In this document: one piece after another, positions 40,971-48,980 of the stretch | How positions within the stretch are numbered: position 1 is the stretch's first letter | Layout of the letters: the number at the start of each line of letters is the position of its first letter | Origin: Thermoplasmata archaeon | GTDB lineage: Archaea > Thermoplasmatota > Thermoplasmata > Thermoplasmatales > GCA-001856825 | NCBI GenBank assembly: GCA_021792255.1 | Contig: JAJYUZ010000003.1 | Coordinates: forward strand, 192,001 to 256,000 | Length of the DNA stretch: 64,000 bases | Reading direction: 5' to 3' | Translations under genes and position numbers: made by a program | The notes under the pieces: model-generated | What the model saw: only the letters and a program-made list of their open reading frames with translations | What the model was told of the DNA's origin: nothing | Databases searched by the model: none

Positions 40971-42080
40971 TTACCGAACGGGAAACTGCCTAATCCCGAA
41001 CTCGGAACTTACGAACTCAGTGTTGTTCCACCTTGTTACAGGAATATCAAGTGCTTTTTGAAATTCCCTTAATCCAATTCTCCGCACATAGTCTGCGAGC
41101 CTTTCACCCGCCACAGCATTCCCCTTCCACATATCTATGATCTTCTGTAGAACCGCGACGACTTCACGATAATTTGGTGGGCTTATTGGAATCCAAGGGA
41201 TGAGGACCATTGCAAGATTCTGTCCTCTTCCAGTGTTGCTACTCTTGCCTCCGACCAATATCGAGATTCCGATTTTTGTGGTATCAAATGTGATGTAATC
41301 GCAGACATCCTTGCAACGACCACAGGCTATGCATTTTTCGCGATTGATTTGAATGCCGACGGTGTCATCGTCCTTTTTGAAAGCGGATATACATTTCATC
41401 GGGCAGACCATGACAACTTCAGGAACAGCAACCTCTAATGCCTTCGCACTTCTGGGGAGGCATAAACCTATTTTCTGTGGATCGAAAGAAGGAGCATCGC
41501 CGTAATGGCCCACAACTACTATATCAGACGTGAGTCCACCACAGGCCGTAGGACATCCTGCAACACTAATCCTCAATTTGGCGGGAATACTTTCCTCATC
41601 AGTAAAATATTTTCCAAATTGATCGTAGAGGACTTTTGTGATAGAAGAAGAGTCTGCGACTGCCGTGGTACAGGAAAGGTACGCTGTGCACGACCCAATG
41701 GACCATAATGAATTACGCCACCCTCCTGCGTGAAATCCCATTTTTTCTATCTCATTTTTGATCAGCAAAGACTTTTCAAGACTGTCGGAGATAAATTCCA
41801 CATTTCCCGATCTTGTGAACCTCAGAGTCCCAATTCCAAATTTATCCTCTATATCAGCAAACACCCTGAGGGTATTAGAGCTAAATCTAGCATTTGGCGG
41901 GCTTCCGACCTTAATCGTAAACAAATGATCGCCTTTTTCAGAAATGTGTTCGATTATTCCGCCGCCGTGGAATTTTCTATCTGCCCATTTACCCAGATTA
42001 CTCTTAATTTCCTCTGGAAGCGAGTCCGTGTATGGCACTGGCAATCTTTTTTTCATTCTTTCTGATAAGTTTGTTGACAT
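40971..42080 (-). CDS. dsrB: Dissimilatory sulfite reductase beta subunit (archaeal type)
   Basis: GIIEHISEKGD, RFTRSGNVEF, CTAYLSC...GCPTACGG, CIACGRC, VGGKSSN, GERLAD. Confidence 0.92.
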   Translation of the reverse strand: MSTNLSERMKKRLPVPYTDSLPEEIKSNLGKWADRKFHGGGIIEHISEKGDHLFTIKVGSPPNARFSSNTLRVFADIEDKFGIGTLRFTRSGNVEFISDSLEKSLLIKNEIEKMGFHAGGWRNSLWSIGSCTAYLSCTTAVADSSSITKVLYDQFGKYFTDEESIPAKLRISVAGCPTACGGLTSDIVVVGHYGDAPSFDPQKIGLCLPRSAKALEVAVPEVVMVCPMKCISAFKKDDDTVGIQINREKCIACGRCKDVCDYITFDTTKIGISILVGGKSSNTGRGQNLAMVLIPWIPISPPNYREVVAVLQKIIDMWKGNAVAGERLADYVRRIGLREFQKALDIPVTRWNNTEFVSSEFGIRQFPVR

Positions 42081-42083
42081 TCT

Positions 42084-43304
42084 TCACTCCCCGTACTCCT
42101 TTACAATATTGTCTACCCATTTAGAGTAACCTTCTCTCTCTTCATCAGTCAGTACTGCACTGGCAATTATTCTTTGTTGTCCAGTTGGATGCCCTTCAAT
42201 TTCAGTCGGAAGACTGCTGCTGACTGCTTCCACTGTTTTGGAGAATCCTGATTTGAAAAGCATGTCTCCTATCCTGTCTTTGTGGGGAGAGCCATCTTCC
42301 CAGATGCTGATTATCTTCATTATGAATTCCTTAGCCTGGGCATAATCATCCAGAATTGATACAGGCTTTCCCATTTTTGGACCAAACCTTCCCTTTATAT
42401 TTCCACCTGCCAGAAGTGCAACTTTTCTGTTCTTTCCTGGTTTAATGGCAGGGAAGGCATACCTTATGCAGTTCATGGATTTTTTGCACTTTTCAGAATC
42501 TATTTTGATTCCTCCTGATTCTCGATTTTCAGATATTGCACCTGATGGACATTCCTTGATTAAACGTTCTATCTTCAGATCATCCTTCCTTATCTTGTCT
42601 TGAAGTAAACCCCAGTCAACATCTGGACTCCCCTCCCACGTTCCAATGAATCCGAAATCAGCCCTGTGAGACGCCCTCGCACAGTCCATAGGACATCCGC
42701 TGAATTTGAGTTTCACCTTGAATGGGAATAACTGATTCGAAAGGTTGTTGTATATCGGTTCATAAGTCATGTAATGGTCCCTTGCTTGGAGGGTGTCGTA
42801 TAAAGAATATTCGCACAGTGCAGGGCCGACGCAAGATGCAAAATCCCTGTAAGTATCGCCCGTATCTCCAACATCTGTTCCTAGGTTCCTTATTGCATCA
42901 ATTGCCTCATCAGCCCTTTCCGGATTCATTGAAATTATCATCCCTCCTGTCTGTCCGATAACTTCTATGAGACCTAGTCCGTACTCATCAGAAAAATCAA
43001 GAATTTTCCTTAACATTTCTGTTCTGTAGAATTGTCCGGAAGGATGATAAATTCTGAAGTGAAGTTCTGAGTCTTTTCCGTCCTTGGTCCGTCTGGCTAT
43101 AAAACCAGTATAGACATATCTTATCTTTGCCGACCCTCCATACCATTGAGTTTCGCCAATGGCTAGTCCACTGGAGTACGCCCTTATAGGATACTTAGTT
43201 TTCTTGATTTCTGTAACGTGACTTGGCCATTTCCCACTCTCCAAATATTCAAGAATTTTAGCACCTTTATCAGAGATGGCGATGTCTTTGTCATTTACAG
43301 TCAT
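42084..43304 (-). CDS. dsrA: Dissimilatory sulfite reductase alpha subunit (archaeal type)
   Basis: LESGKWPSHVTEIK, HFRIYHPSGQFY, siroheme motif CVGPALC...KFSGCPMDC, DFGFIGTW. Confidence 0.93.
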   Translation of the reverse strand: MTVNDKDIAISDKGAKILEYLESGKWPSHVTEIKKTKYPIRAYSSGLAIGETQWYGGSAKIRYVYTGFIARRTKDGKDSELHFRIYHPSGQFYRTEMLRKILDFSDEYGLGLIEVIGQTGGMIISMNPERADEAIDAIRNLGTDVGDTGDTYRDFASCVGPALCEYSLYDTLQARDHYMTYEPIYNNLSNQLFPFKVKLKFSGCPMDCARASHRADFGFIGTWEGSPDVDWGLLQDKIRKDDLKIERLIKECPSGAISENRESGGIKIDSEKCKKSMNCIRYAFPAIKPGKNRKVALLAGGNIKGRFGPKMGKPVSILDDYAQAKEFIMKIISIWEDGSPHKDRIGDMLFKSGFSKTVEAVSSSLPTEIEGHPTGQQRIIASAVLTDEEREGYSKWVDNIVKEYGE

Positions 43305-43323
43305 TATCGCTCACCTTCCGTTA

Positions 43324-43551
43324 TTAAGGTCCGCGTTTTAAAAGAAATTCTACTGCCCCTTGCTTTTCAGTAATTTCAATAATCTTGTTCCCTGTCTGTT
43401 TGGACCAAGCATCAAAGTCGGATTTCGCTGCGGGATCATCAACGATCACCCTGATTTCATCTCCGACTGCTATTTCCTTTATCGCCTTGGCCGTCTTAAT
43501 AATCGGCAGGGGACATTGCAAACCCTTAAAATCAAAAACTTTAGCGTTCAT
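43324..43551 (-). CDS. tusA: TusA-family sulfurtransferase
   Basis: DFKGLQCPLP, DDPAAKSD; ends 19 nt before dsrA, which has its own SD (AAGGTGA). Confidence 0.92.
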   Translation of the reverse strand: MNAKVFDFKGLQCPLPIIKTAKAIKEIAVGDEIRVIVDDPAAKSDFDAWSKQTGNKIIEITEKQGAVEFLLKRGP

Positions 43552-43571
43552 CAAATTTCAATCTACACTTG

Positions 43572-43606
43572 ATATTAATAACTTTCCCTTGAAATATTAA
43601 GGGAAA
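43572..43606 (-). promoter_or_regulatory. Putative BRE/TATA of the tusA-dsr operon with overlapping palindrome
   Basis: Minus strand GAAAG-TTATTAAT about 25 nt before the tusA start; inverted repeat TTTCCCTT-N8-AAGGGAAA at 43583-43606. Confidence 0.55.
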
Positions 43607-43998
43607 ATTAAATCCACGTTGATAATGGATGGTAGTAACGGTGCCACTGTGACATCCTCAGAATGCCTTCCTTCGTCTTGAATCTGTGCTTTAGCAACCA
43701 TGACATTGCAGAAAGTCACTTCTACCCCTAAGGATCAATAGAAACGGCAGGGAAGTTCATATCATTTGGTGTGTAGGATGTTTCACCAGTAAAATCGTTC
43801 AAGTTGGTTGTGATGATTCTATTCTTGACGAATGTGTATCTGTGAATCTTCACATTACATTTCCTTTCATGTATATTTCATGCTTTCCCACATTATTTCT
43901 GGGAATGTTCAAAACCTACTGAACGATACAAATTCAACTTATGCTTGACATTCTCTATTCAGCAAAAGGTTCTTATAAGGGCTAAGCGTAGTATTAAC

Positions 43999-44433
43999 AT
44001 GAGTGAAGAAACTCCTTCAAAGAAAAACAAATTGGTAATAGTTTTAAGCAAAGGGACGCTGGATGCTGCATACCCAGCCCTGATAATAGCCACATCCGGC
44101 GTTTCTCTGGGGATGGAAGTTTACATGTACTTCACCTTTGGTGGAATGAAATTTCTTACAAAGGGACAGAGCGATACTGCCGAGCCCTCAAAAGATCTCG
44201 GTCTCTCAAAAGAAGAGTTGAAAAATTTGATTTCACAAGGAGGAATGCCATCTGTTCAAGATATGCTGAAAATGGCAGTCGAGATGGGAGTCCACATTAA
44301 TGCGTGCTCCCCGACTATGAAATTGTTCGGTACTACCCAAGAGAATTTGACACTGAAAGAAGCTGACGTTGTTGGGGCATCAACTTTCCTAGGATGGGCA
44401 TCGGATCCTTCTGCTATAACGCTGTTCATATGA
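43999..44433 (+). CDS. DsrE2-like (DsrE/DsrF/DrsH family) sulfurtransferase
   Basis: SKGTLDAAYPALIIA, YFTFGG, INACSPTM, VGASTFL, TLFI. Confidence 0.85.
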   Translation: MSEETPSKKNKLVIVLSKGTLDAAYPALIIATSGVSLGMEVYMYFTFGGMKFLTKGQSDTAEPSKDLGLSKEELKNLISQGGMPSVQDMLKMAVEMGVHINACSPTMKLFGTTQENLTLKEADVVGASTFLGWASDPSAITLFI

Positions 44434-44484
44434 TATAACTAAAATTTGGTAACGATGGTCAATAACAATTAGGGAGGAAAGAAC

Positions 44485-44847
44485 GTGGAAGAAAATAGAA
44501 AGAAGATAGCTTTTTTCTGCACGATTTCTCCAGGAGATACAGCTAGGCTAGATACGATGCTTGGGTATGCGGCTGCAGGGATAGCGATGAACTATGAAAT
44601 TAAAATATTCCTAGCTCTTGATTCCGCACTCGTGGTGAAAAAAATGATATTTGAGAAGCTTGATACCAAAATAAAAGGACGGATAACGGACTCTATAAAA
44701 GAAGGAGCGGATATAGGTGTTTGTTCTGCCTCTGCAAAAACATTCGGGATCGGAGAAACTGACCTGATAGAGGGAGTTAAAATAGAAGGGATAGCCTCAT
44801 TCTACTACTATGCAGAAAACGCTGATATAGTGCTTTCCTGGAACTAG
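44485..44847 (+). CDS. DsrE family protein
   Basis: IFLALDS, GADIGVCSASAKTFG, LIEGVKIEG, ADIVLSW; SD GGAGG before GTG. Confidence 0.8.
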   Translation: MEENRKKIAFFCTISPGDTARLDTMLGYAAAGIAMNYEIKIFLALDSALVVKKMIFEKLDTKIKGRITDSIKEGADIGVCSASAKTFGIGETDLIEGVKIEGIASFYYYAENADIVLSWN

Positions 44848-45114
44848 GAAACCTTTCCTCTTACTGACAGTGATGCCCCCTACAGTGGGCACACTCCTTT
44901 CTTCTTCAGACAGCTTTACAGTAAAAATCTAATGGAGTTTCCGTCGTATCGGGGTGTTAGCATTCCAATGAAATTGAACGACTGATCATCAACAGCCCAT
45001 GGCCGATAGAGGTCAGTAGCACTCTGGGAAACGATATCGCATTTTATTTGTCATAAAATCCAAGTCTAACTTATGTTAGTAAAATGTCCTGGACAATTAC
45101 ACAGGACTATTTTT

Positions 45115-46482
45115 CTAAGGTTTTTTCACAGCAAATTTTTGGGAGATAGTTTTGACAAAGTCGTGGACTGCTGGGTGAAGATGTGCATATTGAGCGAAAG
45201 TATTCTTCACCTGTATCCCATCAAACTTACCTTCTATTCCAGTTCCTTTTTCGTGTAAAAGATTGAATTCATATTTTTCCTTCAGAGAAATTTTCGAATA
45301 ATGAAATTCATGCCCTTTCAGTATGTCGCCTTTGTCCGAAATCAGGTTGTCTTTTAAAACGCTCGCAATTGAATAACCATGCGCAACAGGTTGATCATTC
45401 ATCAGAGTCCTTCCATTTATTAGTCCAACAAGATCGTATTCCTCACCATTGAAAGTGACAGAATTCGTTAGGTAAATGAGACCACCGCATTCTGCATATA
45501 TGATGCCCCCATTGTCGCCAAAAGACCACACGGAGTTGCGAAAACTTTTGTTTTTTTCAAGATGCTGAGCGTAGACTTCTGGGAAACCGCCTCCTATGAT
45601 CAACACATCCAAATTAGGCAATTCATTATCTTTTTCGGGATCGATGAACCTTACAGTCCCATAAAGACTTGCCTTTTCAATAGTTTCTGGGTAGTAGAAA
45701 GTGAAGGATTTCCCACCCATTATTCCAAATTTCAAGTTAGACCTAGTCATCGATTTTTTTTCTGACCCACCTACCCACACATCAATGTCCTCTGACTCGC
45801 TTTTGGCAAGTTTCATTATTCTGTTTGTCTGAAACGATTCAGCTGGTAGTTTATCTAGTATGGTTTGAAAGTCGTAAGATGGGCCCTTCTCGGTAACAGG
45901 TTGTAATCCGAGATGCCTATAGTGGAAGATGTCTGTGATATCTCTGTTTCTGTATATAACTCCGAGGACGGGTACGCCTTCTTCCTCTATCACTTCCCTC
46001 ATCTTGTCATACTGACGTGGAATTATATTTGTCAGGACTACCCCTATGATCTTCACCTTATGGTCAAATTGGATTAGTCCTCTGAGAATTGCACCTGCTG
46101 TCCTATTTATTCTCTCCCCATCAATCACTAGTAAGATCGGGGCTCCCAGAAGCTTGGCCAACTGTGCCGTACTTCCGGTTTCGCTTATACCATCGATGCT
46201 GTCGTATAATCCGTGATTTCCTTCAATCAAGGCTATGTCGGACCCCTTTGATTGCTGGTAGAATAATTTTGTAACTGTATCTCCCATAAGGAAAAAATCA
46301 AGGTTTCTTGAATATTTGCCGCTTGCAGCTTTATGATAGGTAGGGTCGATAAAATCCGGTCCGTTTTTGAATGCGCTGACTTTGTAACCTTCCTTGGAAA
46401 GAGTTTTTAAGAGAGAGACAGTGACGAGAGTTTTTCCAGTTTTTCCCTTGATAGAGGTGATAACGATCCTTGGTACGGTTAT
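45115..46482 (-). CDS. dsrN: Cobyrinate a,c-diamide synthase-like protein, probable siroheme amidase DsrN (no canonical start codon)
   Basis: Frame extends 65 codons upstream of the ORF-track ATG (ITVPRIVITSIKGKTGKT...FKNGPDFIDP...RNLD); also EGNHGLYD, RHLGL, GGGFPE, AECGG, GHEFHYS. Confidence 0.82.
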   Translation of the reverse strand: MTVPRIVITSIKGKTGKTLVTVSLLKTLSKEGYKVSAFKNGPDFIDPTYHKAASGKYSRNLDFFLMGDTVTKLFYQQSKGSDIALIEGNHGLYDSIDGISETGSTAQLAKLLGAPILLVIDGERINRTAGAILRGLIQFDHKVKIIGVVLTNIIPRQYDKMREVIEEEGVPVLGVIYRNRDITDIFHYRHLGLQPVTEKGPSYDFQTILDKLPAESFQTNRIMKLAKSESEDIDVWVGGSEKKSMTRSNLKFGIMGGKSFTFYYPETIEKASLYGTVRFIDPEKDNELPNLDVLIIGGGFPEVYAQHLEKNKSFRNSVWSFGDNGGIIYAECGGLIYLTNSVTFNGEEYDLVGLINGRTLMNDQPVAHGYSIASVLKDNLISDKGDILKGHEFHYSKISLKEKYEFNLLHEKGTGIEGKFDGIQVKNTFAQYAHLHPAVHDFVKTISQKFAVKKP

Positions 46483-46681
46483 TTTTTTTCTAATAATGGT
46501 TATTTTACCCCATCCCCGATGCTATTTTTCACTCTGCAGCGAATTTTCAATAAAGACCTCGAAGGAACGTTTCAACGACCTGTCTAATTTAGCCTGAGGA
46601 ACAGTAGTACATGGGAATCCACAGTATCGCGGCGGTCTCCACGTGTTTAACTCCTTAACAAATTAAACGGTTCGAAGAGTA

Positions 46682-47020
46682 TTAGACGCACCCAGTCGGT
46701 TTGGGAGCCCCTGCTACTTTACAGGCGCCATGGGCAGGGCCATCGGGAAAAAGTTCGAACATTTTTTCAAGTGTGATTCCGGTCTTTTTGACAATCATTT
46801 TGATTGGCGGGCAGACTCCAAAGGTTCCCCAGTACTCTCTCAAATACCGAATGAGTACCCAGTGCTCTTCGGTCATATCTGGAACTCCTGCTTGCTCTTT
46901 TGCAATCTTTTTGGCTATTTCTTCATTCCAAATTTCCGGACTTTGCATGAATCCATCCTCGTCAAACAGGACTTTTACCCCGTTGACCTCAAACGACTCA
47001 GATTTTTCATCCGTTGTCAT
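46682..47020 (-). CDS. dsrC: DsrC sulfur carrier protein
   Basis: DEDGF, MTEEHW, LFPDGP and C-terminal ACKVAGAPKPTGCV with both conserved Cys; ATG at 47020. Confidence 0.95.
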   Translation of the reverse strand: MTTDEKSESFEVNGVKVLFDEDGFMQSPEIWNEEIAKKIAKEQAGVPDMTEEHWVLIRYLREYWGTFGVCPPIKMIVKKTGITLEKMFELFPDGPAHGACKVAGAPKPTGCV

Positions 47021-47313
47021 ATTTATCGATTTGTACAATTTGATATTGTTTAAATAAATTGTGCGTGACTTTACATGATTCAATACTGATTGCCGGTAGT
47101 ATTGCATTATACGATGTCTGTGGTACATTGGGACCGTTGTACCTATGTCTGTTCTATCGGATTCATTTTCTTCAGATAATAACCAAGGGTGAAATTTCCC
47201 AGACCAGACATAATCTAATATTTCGAGAATAATACTGCCTGTTAAACGATGCAATAGACAGCGTGAGGAACGTGAGAATTTTTCTAGGGCAGAATAGTTT
47301 GGATTTGGTGCGA

Positions 47314-47386
47314 CGCCCCGAACGGGATTTGAACCCGTGTCACGAGCTCGACAGACTCGTATGATAGGCCACTACACTATCGGGGC
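47314..47386 (-). tRNA. tRNA-Asp(GTC)
   Basis: Minus strand GCCCCGA...CGAGT-CTGTCGA-GCTCG...ACGGG-TTCAAAT-CCCGT-TCGGGGC-G. Confidence 0.95.
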
Positions 47387-47407
47387 TTTCCGTCGTATTG
47401 TCTGAGT

Positions 47408-47845
47408 TTATTTAACACTTTCTTGTGGATGGGTGAGTGGGAACAATCTCCTCAGTGCTTCTATCTCTCCCTTTAATATATGAATTGCGGCGAAGCGCGT
47501 AAAGGGATACCACAGCCCCTTCATTTTCAGATCCATCCTTATTACGACCTTTTTGTCAAAAACCTGAAAGACTTGATAGCCCTTTATGGGACCATCTCCA
47601 TACTTAATCAGTATGGACAGATCCTCCTTCCTTCGACCGATCCATTCTGTCTGTCTCTTGTTCCTAAAAGCCAGTACGGACTCCCTGTTGTTTTGATCTA
47701 TCCTCTTGATTGCAAGGTGCCCTCTCCAAATTTCGGTGTCGTCGATGCTTTCGATCAATTTCTGGAAGGCATCCTCGGGTTGTTCGATTAAAGGAAATTC
47801 GTAGTAGACACGCACCAAGTTGGATTGATTTCTGAAATATAACAT
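47408..47845 (-). CDS. Hypothetical protein, possibly SRPBCC/START-like
   Basis: 145 aa; IW...YGDGPIKG...C-terminal helix EALRRL. Confidence 0.5.
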   Translation of the reverse strand: MLYFRNQSNLVRVYYEFPLIEQPEDAFQKLIESIDDTEIWRGHLAIKRIDQNNRESVLAFRNKRQTEWIGRRKEDLSILIKYGDGPIKGYQVFQVFDKKVVIRMDLKMKGLWYPFTRFAAIHILKGEIEALRRLFPLTHPQESVK

Positions 47846-47925
47846 TTTAAATCATGATATAGTTTCTAAGCTTTTCTTCCCTTTCGTTTTGGAGCTAAAG
47901 GATTAATTGTCTGTTCAGATAATGT

Positions 47926-48912
47926 GTGATGGTTGGTCTATTCGATGAGAACGGAACAAACAAGATCGGGTTAGGGACGTGGCAACTCGGGCTTAAGGGG
48001 TGGGGAAGAGACTATGAAGAGAGTGAGCTCGTCGAGGGCCTAAAGTTTGGAATTAATAATGGACTGAACTTCGTCGATACCGCAGAAATATATGGAATGG
48101 GAAAATCCGAGAGTCTCGTCGGAGAAGTTGTAAGTGAGTTCGAAAGAAAACAGCTTTTCATCGCCACAAAACTTGCAGGCTTTAACGCAACCAAGGGAAG
48201 AGTGCGCAAAAGCCTAACAAACAGTCTGAAAAGACTGAGAATGGACTATTTGGATCTCTACCAGGTCCACTGGGAACCCAGTCTATACACGAACCTGACG
48301 GATCTATTCAGGGAACTCGAGGAGGTAGCAAAAGAAGGCTTGATCAATCATATCGGAGTATCTAATTTTAGTGCCAAAAGCATAGAAAAAGCCAACGGTT
48401 CTATGAAAGAACTAAAGATTGAAAGCAATCAGATCAAGTTCAATCTGGTAGAGAGACCAAATTCAGAACTATTGAGTTTTATGAAAGCAAACGCAATTAA
48501 ACTTATAGCTTGGAGCCCTCTGGCTCAGGGATTTCTTTCTGGAAAATACTCTAGCGAGAGCAAACCATCTGGAAGCGTCAGGAAAATCAATAGACTATTC
48601 TCTCCATCCAGTTTTGAAAGATTTGGCCCTTTGCTTTCAGAACTGCGCAGAATATCAGATGAGAGGAAACTTAGTCCGATTCAGCTGGTTCTGGCCTACG
48701 AAAAACATATTGGTATCCTTCCTATCCCCGGATTCAAGAACGTAAAACAGGTGAAGGACTTGGTCTCTGCTAATTCTCTGGAGCTATCAGAACAAGAAGT
48801 CTTTTCAATTGACTCGGCTCTTCAAAAAAGCGGAGTTTTGGAAACGTCAATAGGTTTCTATCCAAGAATACTTCCAAATTTCATCGCAAGATTGGGGTTT
48901 CTGCTGATCTAG
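47926..48912 (+). CDS. Aldo/keto reductase
   Basis: IGLGTWQ, DTAEIYG, IATK, DLYQVHW, IGVSNF, AWSPLAQG. Confidence 0.93.
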   Translation: MMVGLFDENGTNKIGLGTWQLGLKGWGRDYEESELVEGLKFGINNGLNFVDTAEIYGMGKSESLVGEVVSEFERKQLFIATKLAGFNATKGRVRKSLTNSLKRLRMDYLDLYQVHWEPSLYTNLTDLFRELEEVAKEGLINHIGVSNFSAKSIEKANGSMKELKIESNQIKFNLVERPNSELLSFMKANAIKLIAWSPLAQGFLSGKYSSESKPSGSVRKINRLFSPSSFERFGPLLSELRRISDERKLSPIQLVLAYEKHIGILPIPGFKNVKQVKDLVSANSLELSEQEVFSIDSALQKSGVLETSIGFYPRILPNFIARLGFLLI

Positions 48913-48980
48913 TATAGACAAATGTCGAATGATAATGTCGGCAAAGGCTAAATAACCGATGAAATTCTGAGATGATTGTA

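Noticed and set aside
44848-45114. Possible gene remnant or small dsrD-like ORF between dsrE and dsrN (also checked 43610-43870)
   Set aside because: The frames I translated are interrupted by stops and show no recognisable DsrD or other motif
46682-47254. 190-aa N-terminally extended DsrC from the ORF track
   Set aside because: The extension is non-conserved AT-rich sequence; the DsrC domain begins at ATG 47020
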